Shown piece by piece: positions 37,423 through 50,330 of a stretch of DNA of 64,000 bases. Source of the DNA: Octopus vulgaris (taxonomy: Eukaryota). A model generated the notes under the pieces. It was not told where the DNA came from and did no database searches. It worked only from the letters and a program-made list of their open reading frames with translations. The stretch lies in assembly GCA_951406725.2 (NCBI GenBank), contig OX597819.1, positions 55,242,001-55,306,000 of the forward strand. The letters are read 5' to 3'. The first letter of the stretch is position 1. Every line of letters begins with the position of its first letter. The translations under genes were made by a program, and so were the position numbers.

Positions 37423-37590
37423 TTAGGAGTGGCTGCGTGGTAAGTAGCTTGTTTACGAACCACATGGTTCCGGGTTCAGTCCCACTGCATGGCACCTTGG
37501 GCAAGTGTCTTCTACTATAGCCTCAGGCTGACCAAAGCCTTGTGAGTGGATTTGGTAGACAGAAACTGAAAGAAGCCCATCATATATATA
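37423..37590 (+). mobile_element. SINE family A 5' half
   Basis: Well-preserved head ending at the internal (TA)n. Confidence 0.85.
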
Positions 37591-37769
37591 GTACGTTTAA
37601 ATATTTGTTGTGCAAGATTTTTTATGTGAAGTCGTGTGTTGAAACAGATATTGTTATATTTCGGAATGGTCATTTTGCCAGTTTAGCCAATAAAAACACA
37701 CGCACTATATATTTGGTGTTATTTTGCTTCAGTGTTATTTATTTTTTACATTAATCTTAATCTTATTTC

Positions 37770-37814
37770 GGCCAGAGTTCTTTCGTCACACTCCTGTGAC
37801 CGCATCAGTGGTCC
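37770..37814 (-). ncRNA. Minimal type I hammerhead-like motif (variant core) in a probable Penelope pLTR fragment (about 37590-37905)
   Basis: Minus strand: ggacca-CTGATGC-g-gtcaca-ggag-tgtgac-GAAA-gaac-TC-tggcc. Perfect 6-bp stem II, stem I ggacca/tggcc with one bulge, UC site. The core has C where the consensus has A9. Confidence 0.55.
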
Positions 37815-38119
37815 TTTGTTTTCTTCTTTCTTATTTGTGTCTCTCCTTACTAACCGTCAGCCATTTTGTATTTCTATTGTATGTCTTCATTTGCGCATTA
37901 TGTGGACCGCCAAGCTTTGAGGTGAGTAGAAGTGAAGGGGGACAAAAGAAATGGGATTGGGTCAATTTGCAATTTGCATAAGTGGTTTATGTGGTACAGA
38001 AACAACTAATTCAACATTTGAAAGGAGATGCGCCCCCTACAACATCAGTCAGTACATATATCCCCTTATTCGTTGTAAAGTACTGACTGCATTTTATTGA
38101 GACTTGGTTTGCCTGCATT

Positions 38120-38355
38120 ACTCTGTAAGGAGCATAGGACCAGTTTCCCAATTTCTCTGGCGAATATATTCCACCCGGGATGGGACACCAGTCCATCGCA
38201 GGATTACTCATTGTTACCAGCTGAGTGGACTGGGGCAACATGAAATGAAGTATTTTGTTCAAGAACACAATACATTGCCTAGTCCAAGAATTGAAACCAC
38301 AAATCTTCTGATCATGTGTCCAACATCCTAACCACTAAACCATGTGCCTCCACAC
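38120..38355 (-). mobile_element. SINE family C
   Basis: Reverse homologue of 39443-39681. Confidence 0.8.
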
Positions 38356-38511
38356 CATGGACAGGATACTCCACAGTAACAAAGTCTACATTACCATTCT
38401 GCCATTGAAGCTTTTTCTGAGATTAACTCTGTTTTTCATCGTTCTGAAAATTTCTCTTATAATTCCATTCACATCTAGGCTTGAATTTTAAGAATATCAA
38501 ACTGGGTTTTT

Positions 38512-38708
38512 TATCCTTTACTAGTTTCAGTCATTGGACTGTGGCCATGCTGGGGCACTGCATTGACAGGTTTAATCCAAATATACTGACTTCAGTACTT
38601 ACTTTTTAAGCCTGGTACTTATTCTATTGGTCACTTTTGCCAAACTACTAAGTCACGAGGATGTAAACAAACCAACATCAGATGTCATGCAGTGAAGGAA
38701 AGGAAAAC

Positions 38709-38745
<37 letters not shown>

Positions 38746-38800
38746 ACACACACACACACACACCATATACACAATAGACTTTCACAGTTACCCTCTATCA
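38512..38800 (-). mobile_element. SINE family A 3' half
   Basis: Reverse complement of the family tail up to the (CA)n. Confidence 0.8.
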
Positions 38801-39442
38801 AGTTGCGTTATAGGAAATTTAGATTGGTTTAGTATTTGAGAGGTACTTTATCTTTTTTTATCGATTCTGGACAGAAAGCAAGGATTTGAACTCGGCACAT
38901 AAAGGTCTGTAACAAAAGACCACAATGCCTTTTGTCCAATCCATTGCTTCTGTCAATAAAACATGTAAGCACCTATGAAATACATACATTAATTCAGTCT
39001 GCTTTATCTCTCACCCCCACCTCACCCAACAAAAATTTGGCAACGTCTCATCAAAAGAAATCAATAAACTGTATGGAAGAATCACTCAGTAACAACTTAG
39101 TACAAGAAACTGCTACACAGCATTGCAAAAATAATAAAAAATGCATATAATTATACACAGATAATGTCGTTTGTTGGTGGTGGAGGTGGTGGTGTTTAGC
39201 CCCAGGTCAACCTGGATTGAGTACACTATAGATAAAGCTATTTAAATTTTGCTCAACCTATTTTTGTCTAAGGCATTACACACACACACACATCTCCCAC
39301 CCATTTTTTGTGGTGGGAGGGTGTGATTTAGGGGAAGATTTAACTGTTATTTCCAGCAGATCAGGCAAGTACACAGATGCCCTTGCTCTTGGCTTGCACA
39401 TGACATCGTTAATATTATGTATAGACCCTATCTTAATATATA

Positions 39443-39681
39443 TGTGGAGGCATATGGTTTAGTAGCTAGGGCATTGGACTCGCGATTGTAAGATTGTGGT
39501 TTCAATTCCCTGACCAGGCAATGCATTGTGCTCTTCAGCAAAACACTTTATTTCCTGTTGCTCCAAACTACTTAGCAGGCAAAAATGAGTAGCCCTGTGA
39601 TGAGCCATCCAAAGAGGAATATATATACACCAGAGAAACATGGGAACCTGTGCTTCTCATAGGGTAATAAATGTGGTTTAA
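39443..39681 (+). mobile_element. SINE family C with perfect 16-bp TSD
   Basis: cctatcttaatatata at 39427-39442 and 39682-39697; tRNA-like head. Confidence 0.9.
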
Positions 39682-39715
39682 CCTATCTTAATATATAGTT
39701 GTTATTATGCATAGT

Positions 39716-40057
39716 GTGAAGGTGCATGGCTCAGTGGTTAGAGCGTAGAGCTTACAATTGTGAAGTTGTGAGTTCGATTCCAGGACCAAGCTGTGTGTTG
39801 TGTTCTTGAGCAAGACACTTTATTTCACGATGCTCCGGTTAACTCAGCTGTAGAAATTAATTGCGATGTCACTGGTGCCAAGCTGTATCTGCTGTTGCCT
39901 TTCCCTTGGACAACATCAGTGGTGTGGAGAGGGAAGGCTGGTATGCATGGGCAACTGCTAGCCTTCCACAAACAATCTTGCCCTGACTTGTGCCTCAGAG
40001 GGTAACTTTCTAGGTGCAGTCCCACGGTCATTCATGACCAAAGGGGGTCTCCTCCTC
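39716..40057 (+). mobile_element. SINE family D with perfect 12-bp TSD
   Basis: attatgcatagt at 39704-39715 and 40058-40069; head tggctcagtggttagagcg..gagttcgattcc. Confidence 0.9.
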
Positions 40058-40179
40058 ATTATGCATAGTTCAATGTTGATATAGTATTTATGTTATTGTT
40101 TGTATAAACAATGACATATATTGAAAGTTTGCTACAAATATACTACTTCTACATAATTTCTGCTCAGCATCATTTCTGC

Positions 40180-40491
40180 TGTGGAGGCACATGGCCTAGT
40201 GGTTAGAGCAGCGGACTTGCAGTAGAGGGATTGCGGGTTTGAATCTCAGACCGGGCGCTGTGTGTGTTTATAAGCGAAACACCTAAGCTCCACGTGGCTC
40301 CGGCAGAAGGTAATGGCGAACTTCTGCTGACTCTTTTGCCACAACTTTCCCTCACTCTTTCCTCCTGCATCTTGCAGCTCACCTGCGACGGACCGGCGTC
40401 CCATCCAGGTGGGGAACCTATACACCAAGTAAACCGAGAAACCAGTCCTATGAGCCAGGTGTGGCTTGAGAAGGAACAAACAACAACAACA
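40180..40491 (+). mobile_element. SINE family C2 with perfect 11-bp TSD and (AAC)n tail
   Basis: atcatttctgc at 40169-40179 and 40492-40502. Confidence 0.9.
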
Positions 40492-41189
40492 ATCATTTCT
40501 GCGACTGATTTGTAATTGTAATCAAATACGGTCAAGCAAAGCTTATGTCATTGCTTAGGCAAGGACATGACAACAATCACCCTAGCATTGGTGACATGAT
40601 AAAATGCATCCAGTACATTCTGCATCCTACCATAGAAACCAAGCCCCCTCCCCCAAAAAAGAAATATACAAGCAAGACATGGTCCTGTGACTGATCCAGG
40701 AGGGACTGGACTGGATTGCCCATGTTCAGTCCACTGCAGGATGAAGGCCTCAGCATGTTCTCTCCACCATCAAACATGGTCTGATGTGGAGGCTGTGAAT
40801 TTGAGCTTCGGATCACACTGGTTTGATGAGCCAACACTGCCACACAGGCTCGACATGGTTCGGTAGAGGGGTGCAGTTTAGGGTATCTAATTGTTAGTGT
40901 TGTTGTTTAGGTTCCAGTTTTTATGCTCTCAATTATTTTATCAAATCCAAAACAATGAAAGACAAAGCTGGCCTCAGCAGAATTTGAACTCAGAACATTT
41001 GGACAGATTAAATCCTGCTAAGAATTTTGTCTGGTGCTAATGATTCTGTCAGTTCACTGCCTAAGAGGGCATTAACTCTGAATGGAAACTGACTCAGACT
41101 TTGATGACTTATCCAACCCATGCCAGTATGGAAAGTGGACACAAAATGATGATGATGATGATGATTAAAAACACAGTTCTTTAGTTCTA

Positions 41190-41590
41190 GCTTTTATCTT
41201 TTATTTGTTTCAGTCACTGGACTGTGGTCGTGTTGGGGGACACCACCTTGAGGTGGGTTTAGTGAAACCAATCAACTCCAGTAATCTTTCTTTAAAGTCT
41301 GCCAAACTGAGACGGGTTAAAAAGAAAGCCCAACATCAATTGTTGGCTGTTAAGTGATGGTGGAGGGCAAACACAGACACAAATACTCTCTCTCTCTCTC
41401 TCTCTCTCACGCACACACAATTCATGACAGGCTTCTACACAGTCTCCATCAACAAAGTTCATTCACAAGGTATCAGTGGTGCCCAGGGCTACTGTAGAAG
41501 ACACTTGGCCAAAGTTCCGTACAGTAGGACTGAACCCAAAACAACATGGCTGCAAGATGAGCTGCTTAACCACACAGCCATGCCAGTACC
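41190..41590 (-). mobile_element. SINE family A, diverged, with internal (CT)n
   Basis: Reverse complement of family A. Confidence 0.75.
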
Positions 41591-42652
41591 AAACTCCTTA
41601 CTCTATTTTAACTACCAAAGCTAAGGCCATGCTGGAGCGCTGCTTGTCCTTTGTCTATTCAATGTCATCTCTGTGAATGCTTGGGGTGATGGTGGTGGTA
41701 GGGCAAGGTTTTTGTTAGGTTTTTCAGTGTGTTTGACATCTCTATAATTGGTGGATCCAAGAACAGCTGAAGGTTGATCTGCTTTGCTTGTAGACTTTTG
41801 TAAACAGCTGATTTGGGATGCAAGACAAAAATCCACACCAGATACCTTTTGAAAATCTCAGGGGCTAAAGTTTGGTTCCATTTTGTAAATTTTGGGGAAG
41901 TCATATATACATATATATGATAGCAGCCCTTTAAATGCCAACTGCAGTATACAGTCATTCATACAAATCTTATTTATTTTGTAAAAAGATATTCAAGTTT
42001 ATTCCTATTACAAAATTCACTATACCCCATTTCAGTAGGCAAAGAATAACATTAGATGGAAGATTTTTGGTAACTGTTGATATTACCAAATTATGAAGTA
42101 GTGAGCTGGAACCCCAATAAAACTGACATATGATCAAATGCATCTCTATCATGACTACCCTTCCTTCCCTTGTGTTTTTTATATCAAGGGTTGCATTACC
42201 CAAAGTACTTATTCCTTTTCATAACCGTAGAGTGTAATTTGAGAAAGATTTGGCTGCTATTTCTAGCAAGTTGAGAGGTTGTGGTAAGAGATTCCCACAT
42301 GGGCTTGTAAGAGTTTGCTCTCTGATTCCCAAACAAAGAATGTTATTCTTTTTAGTCAGTGGAAAGTAACAGAAATTATATCCACAGCCAGAGAGATAAT
42401 ACAGCAATATTTCCTCACAGGAAACAACTATGCTAAGATGTAAAAGATAGAACATTCAGGAAGTTACAAACAATAAAAAGAAAAGCAATAAAATAAAAAA
42501 AGGAAAAAAAATCTGGCATCTGGGGGTTTGCTGGAGAATGTTCTTTATCCAAGCAAATATAAATTAAGAAAAGTTTACAGACAACTTTCGTTCCAAAATA
42601 TTAATTTAATTTTGCATGTATATAAAAGTAAGAAAATTAAAAAATGAAAATG

Positions 42653-42759
42653 TACTACTACTACTACTACTACTACTACTGGTGGTGGTGGTGGTGGTGG
42701 CAACGGTGGCGGTGCTGCTGCTTCTGCTGCTACTGCCGCTGCTGCTTCTGCTGCTGCTG

Positions 42760-42793
<34 letters not shown>

Positions 42794-42795
42794 AC
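42653..42795. repeat. Compound trinucleotide microsatellite (CTA/GTG/CTG)
   Basis: Direct inspection. It is the source of the poly-Leu/Ser ORFs. Confidence 0.95.
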
Positions 42796-43456
42796 CAAGA
42801 ACTTAATCTACTGATTACACACACACACACACACACACATTTATTCAGCTTCACCAGTGAGGTTGCCATTCTTCCAGTACCTTATGATGTGAATATAGAC
42901 AATCACCAAAATTACAAGCAGAATAATGATGGTCAGCATTAGCAAGAGGTAGAACATAATGACAAAACAAAACGAAATAATAATAATAATAAATGCCCTG
43001 ATGCAGTACCAGGCAGTGGCTCTCATTGCTTCTGATCTTAACTGATTGGAAGTGTTATCATGTACATTGTTTTGTCTTGGTATAAAAGATGGGTAACAAC
43101 AAATATTCTGCTCAATACCACAGATTTGCTTGTCAGTTGCTTGACCATAACCAGTTGAGCATGTCCCTTGGTGGTTGACAATATGTGCATCTCTGATCAC
43201 AAGCAGAAGAAGTGGAGGGAACATCATAGCCATGTGTTGAGAGGGATTCTTTGGGGTTTGAATAATTCACCTCTGGAAACATGGGTGTTTCGTTCAACAT
43301 CATTAAACAACCTTTATTCAGGGACCTTTTGAGTGGTTTCCATCTACCTAATTCACCCACAAGCCTTAGATCAGTCTGGAGCTGTAATACAAGACACATA
43401 CCCAAGAGTGCCACATGTGCACATGTGTGTGTGTGTGTGTGTGTGTCTGTGTGTGT

Positions 43457-43850
43457 ATAAGTTAAGTTAATTTTTTTGCTCAAAAAGCAAAAAGTAAGGC
43501 CATGTTGGGGGAAATGGAGTTATGTACAGAAGTGTTCATGCAAAGAGTTCAGGCCATTTCTGGTCAAGAGAGACTTTGAACCGAGCGGTCGTCGGCATCT
43601 TCACTATCTCGTCCGGCAACTTATTCCATGGATCCGCAACCCGGACGGAGAAAAGCCCTCTCCTTCGATTGAGATGAAATCATCGCAGATAGAGCTTTTC
43701 GGAGTGACCCCGCAGCCTACGCTCTGGAGCAGAAGTGAAGAACAGCTCTTTCAAGAGGTTACACTTTCCGCTTATGATGTTGTGAGCAAGAAGGAGATCA
43801 CCACGGCGTCGTTGTTTTTCTAGAGAATAAGGGTCGAGCGTCTTCAGCCT
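43457..43850 (-). mobile_element. 5'-truncated CR1-clade LINE 3' end (ORF2 C-terminus, 3' UTR, short repeat tail)
   Basis: 43850-43536 translates as RLKTLDPYSLEKQRRRGDLLLAHNIISG..FF..RRLRGHSEKLYLR*FHLNRRRGLFSVRVADPWNKLPDEIV..FKVSLDQKWPELFA* (105 codons, one internal stop). This is the classic CR1 pattern SLE.RR.RGDL / RGH..KL / FS.RV...WN.LP / FK..LD. Tail taacttaactta. Confidence 0.9.
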
Positions 43851-44770
43851 GTAAGTGTAAGCTTACATCAGAGTAAGATGAATATGGTGCAGTCAAACAG
43901 GAATACCCTATGGTACGTGATGCATGACCAACAGAACTATCAAACTGAGTTACCTATTCTCAAACCAATGCACACCCCTTTTTGTAAATTACGAGAATAG
44001 TGAAACAAGTACCAAATAAAGTACTGAAGGTGATATTATCAATAAAAAAATTTTTTTTTAATTAAAAATTCTTCAAGGCGTTGACTTAGAATTGTCACAG
44101 TTCAACTACCGAAGCCAGTAAAGGAAGAAACAACACAAAGACAGAATATGGTATGTAAGACAATACTGGAGACTGCAAAAGGAGACAAGAAGAAGGCTGC
44201 GGCAGGAGAAGTAGGGGCCAACAGTGATCAAGTAATAACATTGATAATACTGACGGGGTGGGGTGTTGAAGTGGGGTGAAGGAGTGAAGGATGATGAAGA
44301 ACAAGACTAGGTACCATATTAACTAATCTGTAGTGTCAGTCCAAGAGGAAGAGGAGGAGCTGTCCATAGGTAATGGAGAAGCATAGTCTGATAAGACTAA
44401 TACTGATAATGAGGAAGAAGTCGGAGAAGAAGTTGGGTGTAAGGCTCAGCTCTAGACTAACTAATCTGTAATGACATCCCAATTAGAAGAAGAAAACTAG
44501 TCAAGTATAGAAAGATAACAAATTTAGGATGTTGCAAATGTTAGAAATCAACCATTTCTATCTTTATAGAATAATTTATCTGATTATAGTGTGTGTGTGA
44601 GCATATATGATGTATATATATATATATATATATGTATGTGTTTATACATATGATATATATACATATATAAACACATGCATACAAACACACACACACATGG
44701 ATATACACAGATATATACATGTATTTGTACATGCATATTTACACCTACCTATACACACACACATATATAT

Positions 44771-44799
<29 letters not shown>

Positions 44800-44816
<17 letters not shown>

Positions 44817-44840
44817 GTCTCTCTCTCTCTCTCTCTCTCT

Positions 44841-44882
<42 letters not shown>

Positions 44883-44907
44883 CTACACACACATACATCT
44901 CTTGCTT

Positions 44908-44954
<47 letters not shown>

Positions 44955-44962
44955 CATACGTC

Positions 44963-45003
<41 letters not shown>

Positions 45004-45060
45004 CTACACACACATACATCTCTTGCTTTCTCTCTCTCTCACACACACACACACACAAAC
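44800..45060. repeat. Tandem duplication of a compound-microsatellite block
   Basis: (TA)n-actacacacacatacatctcttgctttctctc..(CA)n occurs at about 44880 and 45001. Confidence 0.85.
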
Positions 45061-45402
45061 GCATGCATCTTACACACATCGTAGGATATAACCTGAAGAT
45101 TCTTTGACCCTGACCCCAAGATAAATAAACAAGTTGTTATCTGTGGAAGATCTCTGCAAATCATCTTTGACTACATTGACAATCTATGGAAACAGCACAT
45201 CTTTGGTTTTATAGTAATGGGGAAAAGATTGATATTAAAAGAAAGACAGCAAAAATAAAAATGAATTTAAGAGAAACAACTAAAAAAAAAACCCCACCCA
45301 ACCACCACCACCAATGCCTCAATCCTGTGTCAGTATAGTAAGCGACTGATTCTGAAAAGTTAACAACAAACAAATAAATGAAACAAACATGCATTTCTGT
45401 AC

Positions 45403-45406
<4 letters not shown>

Positions 45407-45464
<58 letters not shown>

Positions 45465-45572
45465 GAATACATAAATGCATATATAAAAGCACATATATAC
45501 ATATATATGCATATATACATACAAATAAATATATATACATATATACAAACATATACACACAAAAATATATAC

Positions 45573-45620
<48 letters not shown>

Positions 45621-45673
45621 GTATATATACACACACACATATATATGTATATATATATATACATATATGTATG

Positions 45674-45711
<38 letters not shown>

Positions 45712-45850
45712 CATACATACATATGCATATATATATACACACACACATATATATATTTACATATAGATATACATATATATATATATTCATATATATAGAT
45801 ACACACACACGCACATACACAGACATACATACATACATATGCATAAATGT
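45407..45850. repeat. Long (TA/CA) compound low-complexity tract
   Basis: Direct inspection. Confidence 0.95.
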
Positions 45851-46571
45851 ATACATAAAATGTGTGTGTGTCTGTGTGTGTGTGTGCACCTGTATGTGCC
45901 TGCACATTTATGTGTGTGCAGGCATGTGTGTAGGAACATTTGAAAAATGTTGTCAAGGTATGTTATTAGTGAGAAATACATAAGATTTGAAACGCTGCAG
46001 GAAAAAGTAATGATTTGTGTTTACTGCAGCATGAAATTACTTCCATTCAAACAGACAAGTGCAAGCTACGTATTAAAAAAAATAACCCCATTTATTTATA
46101 TACTTATTTATTTATTTATATTGCATGGCAATGAATGAACTTGTTTTTGCTGTCACCACATGTTGCATATGACGTCAGACAGAATCTGTAAGACTTATCA
46201 ATGAATATTGGAGATTAAAAAGCTCAGCTCATCTCTGTGGTACTTGTTGTTAGTAAACAAAACAAGAGGAAGAGTATTCGCGGTCTCTCCTCCAGACATT
46301 CAAATGCTTTTTTAAAACTCTTTTGAAGTAGTAAACAGTTTATGACCTCCAAGATTCGGAATTATTGGCTTTGCCAGACCAATGAAGAAAGGGAACCTCT
46401 ATGTGGTCGTATGACCTACTAGAAAAAGCATCTACATCTTTATTAATTTACATTCGACTGTTTTGGGAAAAAGGATATCACAGCAGGAATGCTCCTGATC
46501 ATAAGGTCTGCTCTATCATAATATATATATATATATCTATACATATACATATATATACATACATATACATA

Positions 46572-46622
<51 letters not shown>

Positions 46623-46804
46623 GACACACAATGCTTAAATACAAATTGGGGTTGTTGCTGTCACCCACTGCCACTGACTACTACTACTACAGGTTCTGAA
46701 CCTGCAGGTATTTGGGCCATTTCAAAAGTAAGGTATTTTACAACCTTTCAAAAGCAGAAATAATGGAATAGTCATCGTCGTCGCCACCGTTGTCGTCATC
46801 AATT

Positions 46805-47040
46805 ATCATTTAATGTCCGTTTTCCATGTTGGCATGGGTTGGATGGTTCGACTGAGGTCTGGAAAGCCAGTGGCTGCACCAGGCTCCAATCTGATCTGGC
46901 AATGTTTCTACAGCTGGATGCCCTTCCTAACGCCAACCACTCTGAGACTGTAGCGGGTGCTTTTTAGGTGCCACCGGCACAGGGGCCAGTCAGGTAGCCC
47001 TGGCATCGATCACATTCAGATACTGCTTTTTATGTGCCAT
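46805..47040 (-). mobile_element. RTE 3'-end fragment
   Basis: Family motifs in reverse orientation. Confidence 0.8.
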
Positions 47041-47379
47041 CTCTTTTACTTTTCCACTGATTTCAGTGATGGGTGTGAATGTAGAAATACATATGTGTAT
47101 TATCTTTTATCTTTTACACATTTCAGTAATTAGACTGTGGCCATGCTGGGACACTGCCTTGAATTTTTAGTTGAATGAATCAATACCAGTACTTATTTTT
47201 TAAGGCTTTGGTTGGCCTGAGGTTATAATTAGAAGACACTTGCTCAAGGTGCTACGCAATGGGACTGAACCCAGAACCATGTGGTTGAGAAGCAAGCTTC
47301 TTACCACACAGCCATGCCTACAAAAAAATTTTAACTATATTTTTATAATCAAAGATTATTAAGACAGCCTCTTCCAGCC

Positions 47380-47578
47380 CATGTGCCGGTGGCACGTAAA
47401 AAGCACTCACTACACTCATGGAGTGGTTGGCGTTAGGAAGGGCATCCAGCTGTAGAAACACTGTCAAATCAGACTGGAGCCTGGCGCAGTGTCCTGGCTT
47501 CCCAGGCCCCGGTTGAACTGTCCAACCTATGCTAGCATGGGAAACGGACATTAAACGATGAGGATGATGAGGATGATG
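47380..47578 (+). mobile_element. RTE 3'-end fragment
   Basis: Family motifs with (gat)-type tail. Confidence 0.8.
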
Positions 47579-47941
47579 TATAAAAAAAGATTTAAATATT
47601 TTGTGTATCATAGAAGTATAACCAATTTACTGCACATAAATACCAAAAGCAAAATCTTAAATAGACCCCGAGAGTCATATGGACCCTGGATGAGAAGTAC
47701 AGGCGTAAATGGTCTTTCCAACCAGAGTTTCTCTGTGGGTAAACAACAATAACAAGATCAAGACCTAGCTTTATATAGGGTAAAAAGGGTAAAGACCCCC
47801 TTCAGTCATGAATGACCATGGGATTGCACTGAGAAAGTTACCCTCCGAGGTACAAGTCCAGGCAAGGTTGTTTATGAAGGACCAGTGGCAAATGTTAATA
47901 ATATAAATAATGTGAATAATTCCTCATCTCTTAAATATAGA

Positions 47942-48185
47942 ACTGAGATTTCTCAGTCATGTGATGAGGAAAGAGAGCCTGCAGAAATTAGCAATGAAGG
48001 GAAAAGAAGCAGAAGGGGAAGGATGATATGGATGTGAAGCTTGATGAACTGGTTGGAAGAAAGAAGGAGGAATCAAACATCAGAAAGTGGAACCGTTACA
48101 GAGAACAAAGAACAAGGAAGAACTGTGGCAGAACATGATCGCCTGTGTCCTACATTTTGGACATGGCACCTTAAAAGAAAAGGAA
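47942..48185 (+). mobile_element. Decayed RTE (BovB-like) ORF2 C-terminal fragment, a different family from the (GAT)n-tailed one
   Basis: With frameshifts it reads LRFLSHVMRKESLQKLA..EGKRSR..W....LWQNMIACVL..GHGT, matching RTE C-termini (L.F.GHV.R....EGKR.RGR...W). Confidence 0.6.
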
Positions 48186-48811
48186 GTACATTTTTATATG
48201 CTCACAAATACTGTACTCACCACACAGATCACTTTCAGAGTTAGTTCTAGTCAATAGAGAAAACGAATAAATTAGAAGAAAATGTAAGCTAAATGCAACC
48301 ACAAAAGAATGACTAATTAAATCCATTTCGAAACTTTCTCAGGACCATTCTTCCAGTTGATTGCAGAACAAATATAGTAGTTATTAACTGACAAAAATAA
48401 ATAAAAATAAATAAATAAATAAAATAAATAACTAAAAATAAAAAGAAAAAGAAAATACAAATTTCTAAATATCTAATTGTTGTCACTGAATTATTTATTC
48501 TTATAGTCAGACATTTTGGTATCATATTTCCTTTGCTTGCATATACACAAATTAATTAGTTGAAACAGGTTTCATGCATATATAAATGCAAACACATACA
48601 TATCTACATGCACACACACACACACATCAGCAAATGTATTTTTTAGACAAGTTCATCTATATACACATCTCTCTCCTCTCCTCTCCTCTCTCTCTTTATA
48701 TATAGTCAAATCCTTAACTTGTTTCTGTCATAGGACTGTGACCATGCTGGGGTATTGTCTCTTGATGAACCACTAAGTTGCAAGGATATATATACGTGTG
48801 TGGGTGGGTGT

Positions 48812-48847
<36 letters not shown>

Positions 48848-48894
48848 ACATATATATGCACGTATGCATGTGTGTATGTATTTATATATATATC

Positions 48895-49113
48895 CTTACT
48901 CTTTACTCTTTTACTTGTTTCAGTCATTTGACTATGACCATGCTGGAGCACTGCCTTTAGTTGAGCACACTGACCCCCAGGACTTATTCTTTGTAAGCCT
49001 AGTACTTATTCTATTGGTCTCTTTTGCTGAACCGCTAAGTTACAGGGACGTAAACACACCACCATCAGTTGTCAAGCGATGTTGTGGGGACAAACACAGA
49101 CACACAAACATAT

Positions 49114-49177
<64 letters not shown>

Positions 49178-49337
49178 GATAGGCTTCTTTCAGTTTCTGT
49201 CTACCAAATCCACTCACAAGGCTTTGGTTGACCTGAAGCTACAGTTGAAGACACTTGCCCAAGGCGCCATGCAGTGGGACTGAACCAGGAACCATGTAGT
49301 TCGTAAGCAAGCTACTTACCACACAACCATTCCTATG

Positions 49338-49340
<3 letters not shown>
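48895..49340 (-). mobile_element. SINE family A, full length, well preserved
   Basis: Complete reverse complement with internal (TA)n. Confidence 0.9.
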
Positions 49341-49373
<33 letters not shown>

Positions 49374-49794
49374 TGTTTATATTCTGTGCTTCACATCAAA
49401 GCACTGAAATTCAAATTTGTGGCATTTGTTAACATTCCATCCATAACAAAAAAAAAAAAAAAAAATCCCCTAACTCTGAACTTTCAGAGTTGAGTGAAAC
49501 ACATAAGCCCTTAATTAAAGTGCAGGCAAGGATTAGCAACAAGAAGGGCATCAAGCTGTAAAACGATGCCTTAGTAATAATTACTCATCCAAACCAGGCG
49601 AGGATAAAAAGGGAATGACTGACAAACACACATGTGGTTTCTAATTGCCTGACATAGGCACAACCATGGTTGTGTGGTTAAGAAGTTTACTTTGCAGCCA
49701 AGTAGCTTTGGATTCAGTCCCACTGCACATAGGGGCACCCCAGACTGACGAATATTTTGTGGGGGAATTTCGTAGATGGAAACTGTGTGGAAGT

Positions 49795-50113
49795 TTGTCA
49801 ATGCCAGTGTTACCTGACTGACTCCTGTGCCAGTGGCACATAAAAAGCACCATTCAAGCATGGTCGATGCCAGTGCTGCCTGACTGGCTCCTGAGCCACC
49901 TGACGGGCCCCTGTGCTGGGGGCATGTAAAAAGCACCCCCTACTCTCGGAGTGGTTGGCATTAGGAAGGGCATCTAGCTGTAGAAACCTTGCCAGATCAA
50001 ACTGGAACTTGGTGCAGCCTCCTGGTTTGCCAGTCCTTAGTCAAACCATCCAACCCATGCCAGCATAGAAAGCGGATGTTAAACAAGGATAATAATTATG
50101 ATGATGATGATGA
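49795..50113 (+). mobile_element. RTE 3'-end fragment with internal modules, preceded by a family A head (49655-49800)
   Basis: gccagtg..tgactg.ctcctg and taaaaagcacc modules each occur twice; tail ends in (gat)n. Confidence 0.75.
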
Positions 50114-50330
50114 TGAGGGGTGCTGAAACGTTCCTGGCTTTGGGTAAAAGAAAATACAGGAAGATCAGTTAATTATGACTTTGTTCAACATATTTCCCTC
50201 TCTGATTCACACGCTTGTTGCAGTGGCCCTTCAGTTTTCTTAATGCCTGCAAAAGAGCTTGGAAGGCTAGGTCTCCAACCAGACCTATCATGGATACCCT
50301 TAAAGCCAGGAACTTTTTAGCAACCCCTCG
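50114..50330 (-). mobile_element. Mariner-derived MITE, same family as 23360-23536
   Basis: TIRs gaggggtgctgaaacgttcctggcttt and aaagccaggaactttttagcaacccctcg|TA. Internal sequence is the reverse homologue of the 23360 copy. Confidence 0.8.

Noticed and set aside
40725-40790. gtccactgcaggatgaaggcctc, which reads EAFILQW on the minus strand like some RTE C-termini
   Set aside because: Too short and degenerate to call as a feature.
42990-43335. Complex segment following (AAT)n that looks like an interspersed repeat
   Set aside because: There is only one copy in the window and no TIR, TSD or protein motif, so it cannot be classified from the sequence.
43476-43823. 115-aa complex-looking ORF on the + strand
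   Set aside because: It is the antisense shadow of the CR1 ORF2 remnant on the minus strand.
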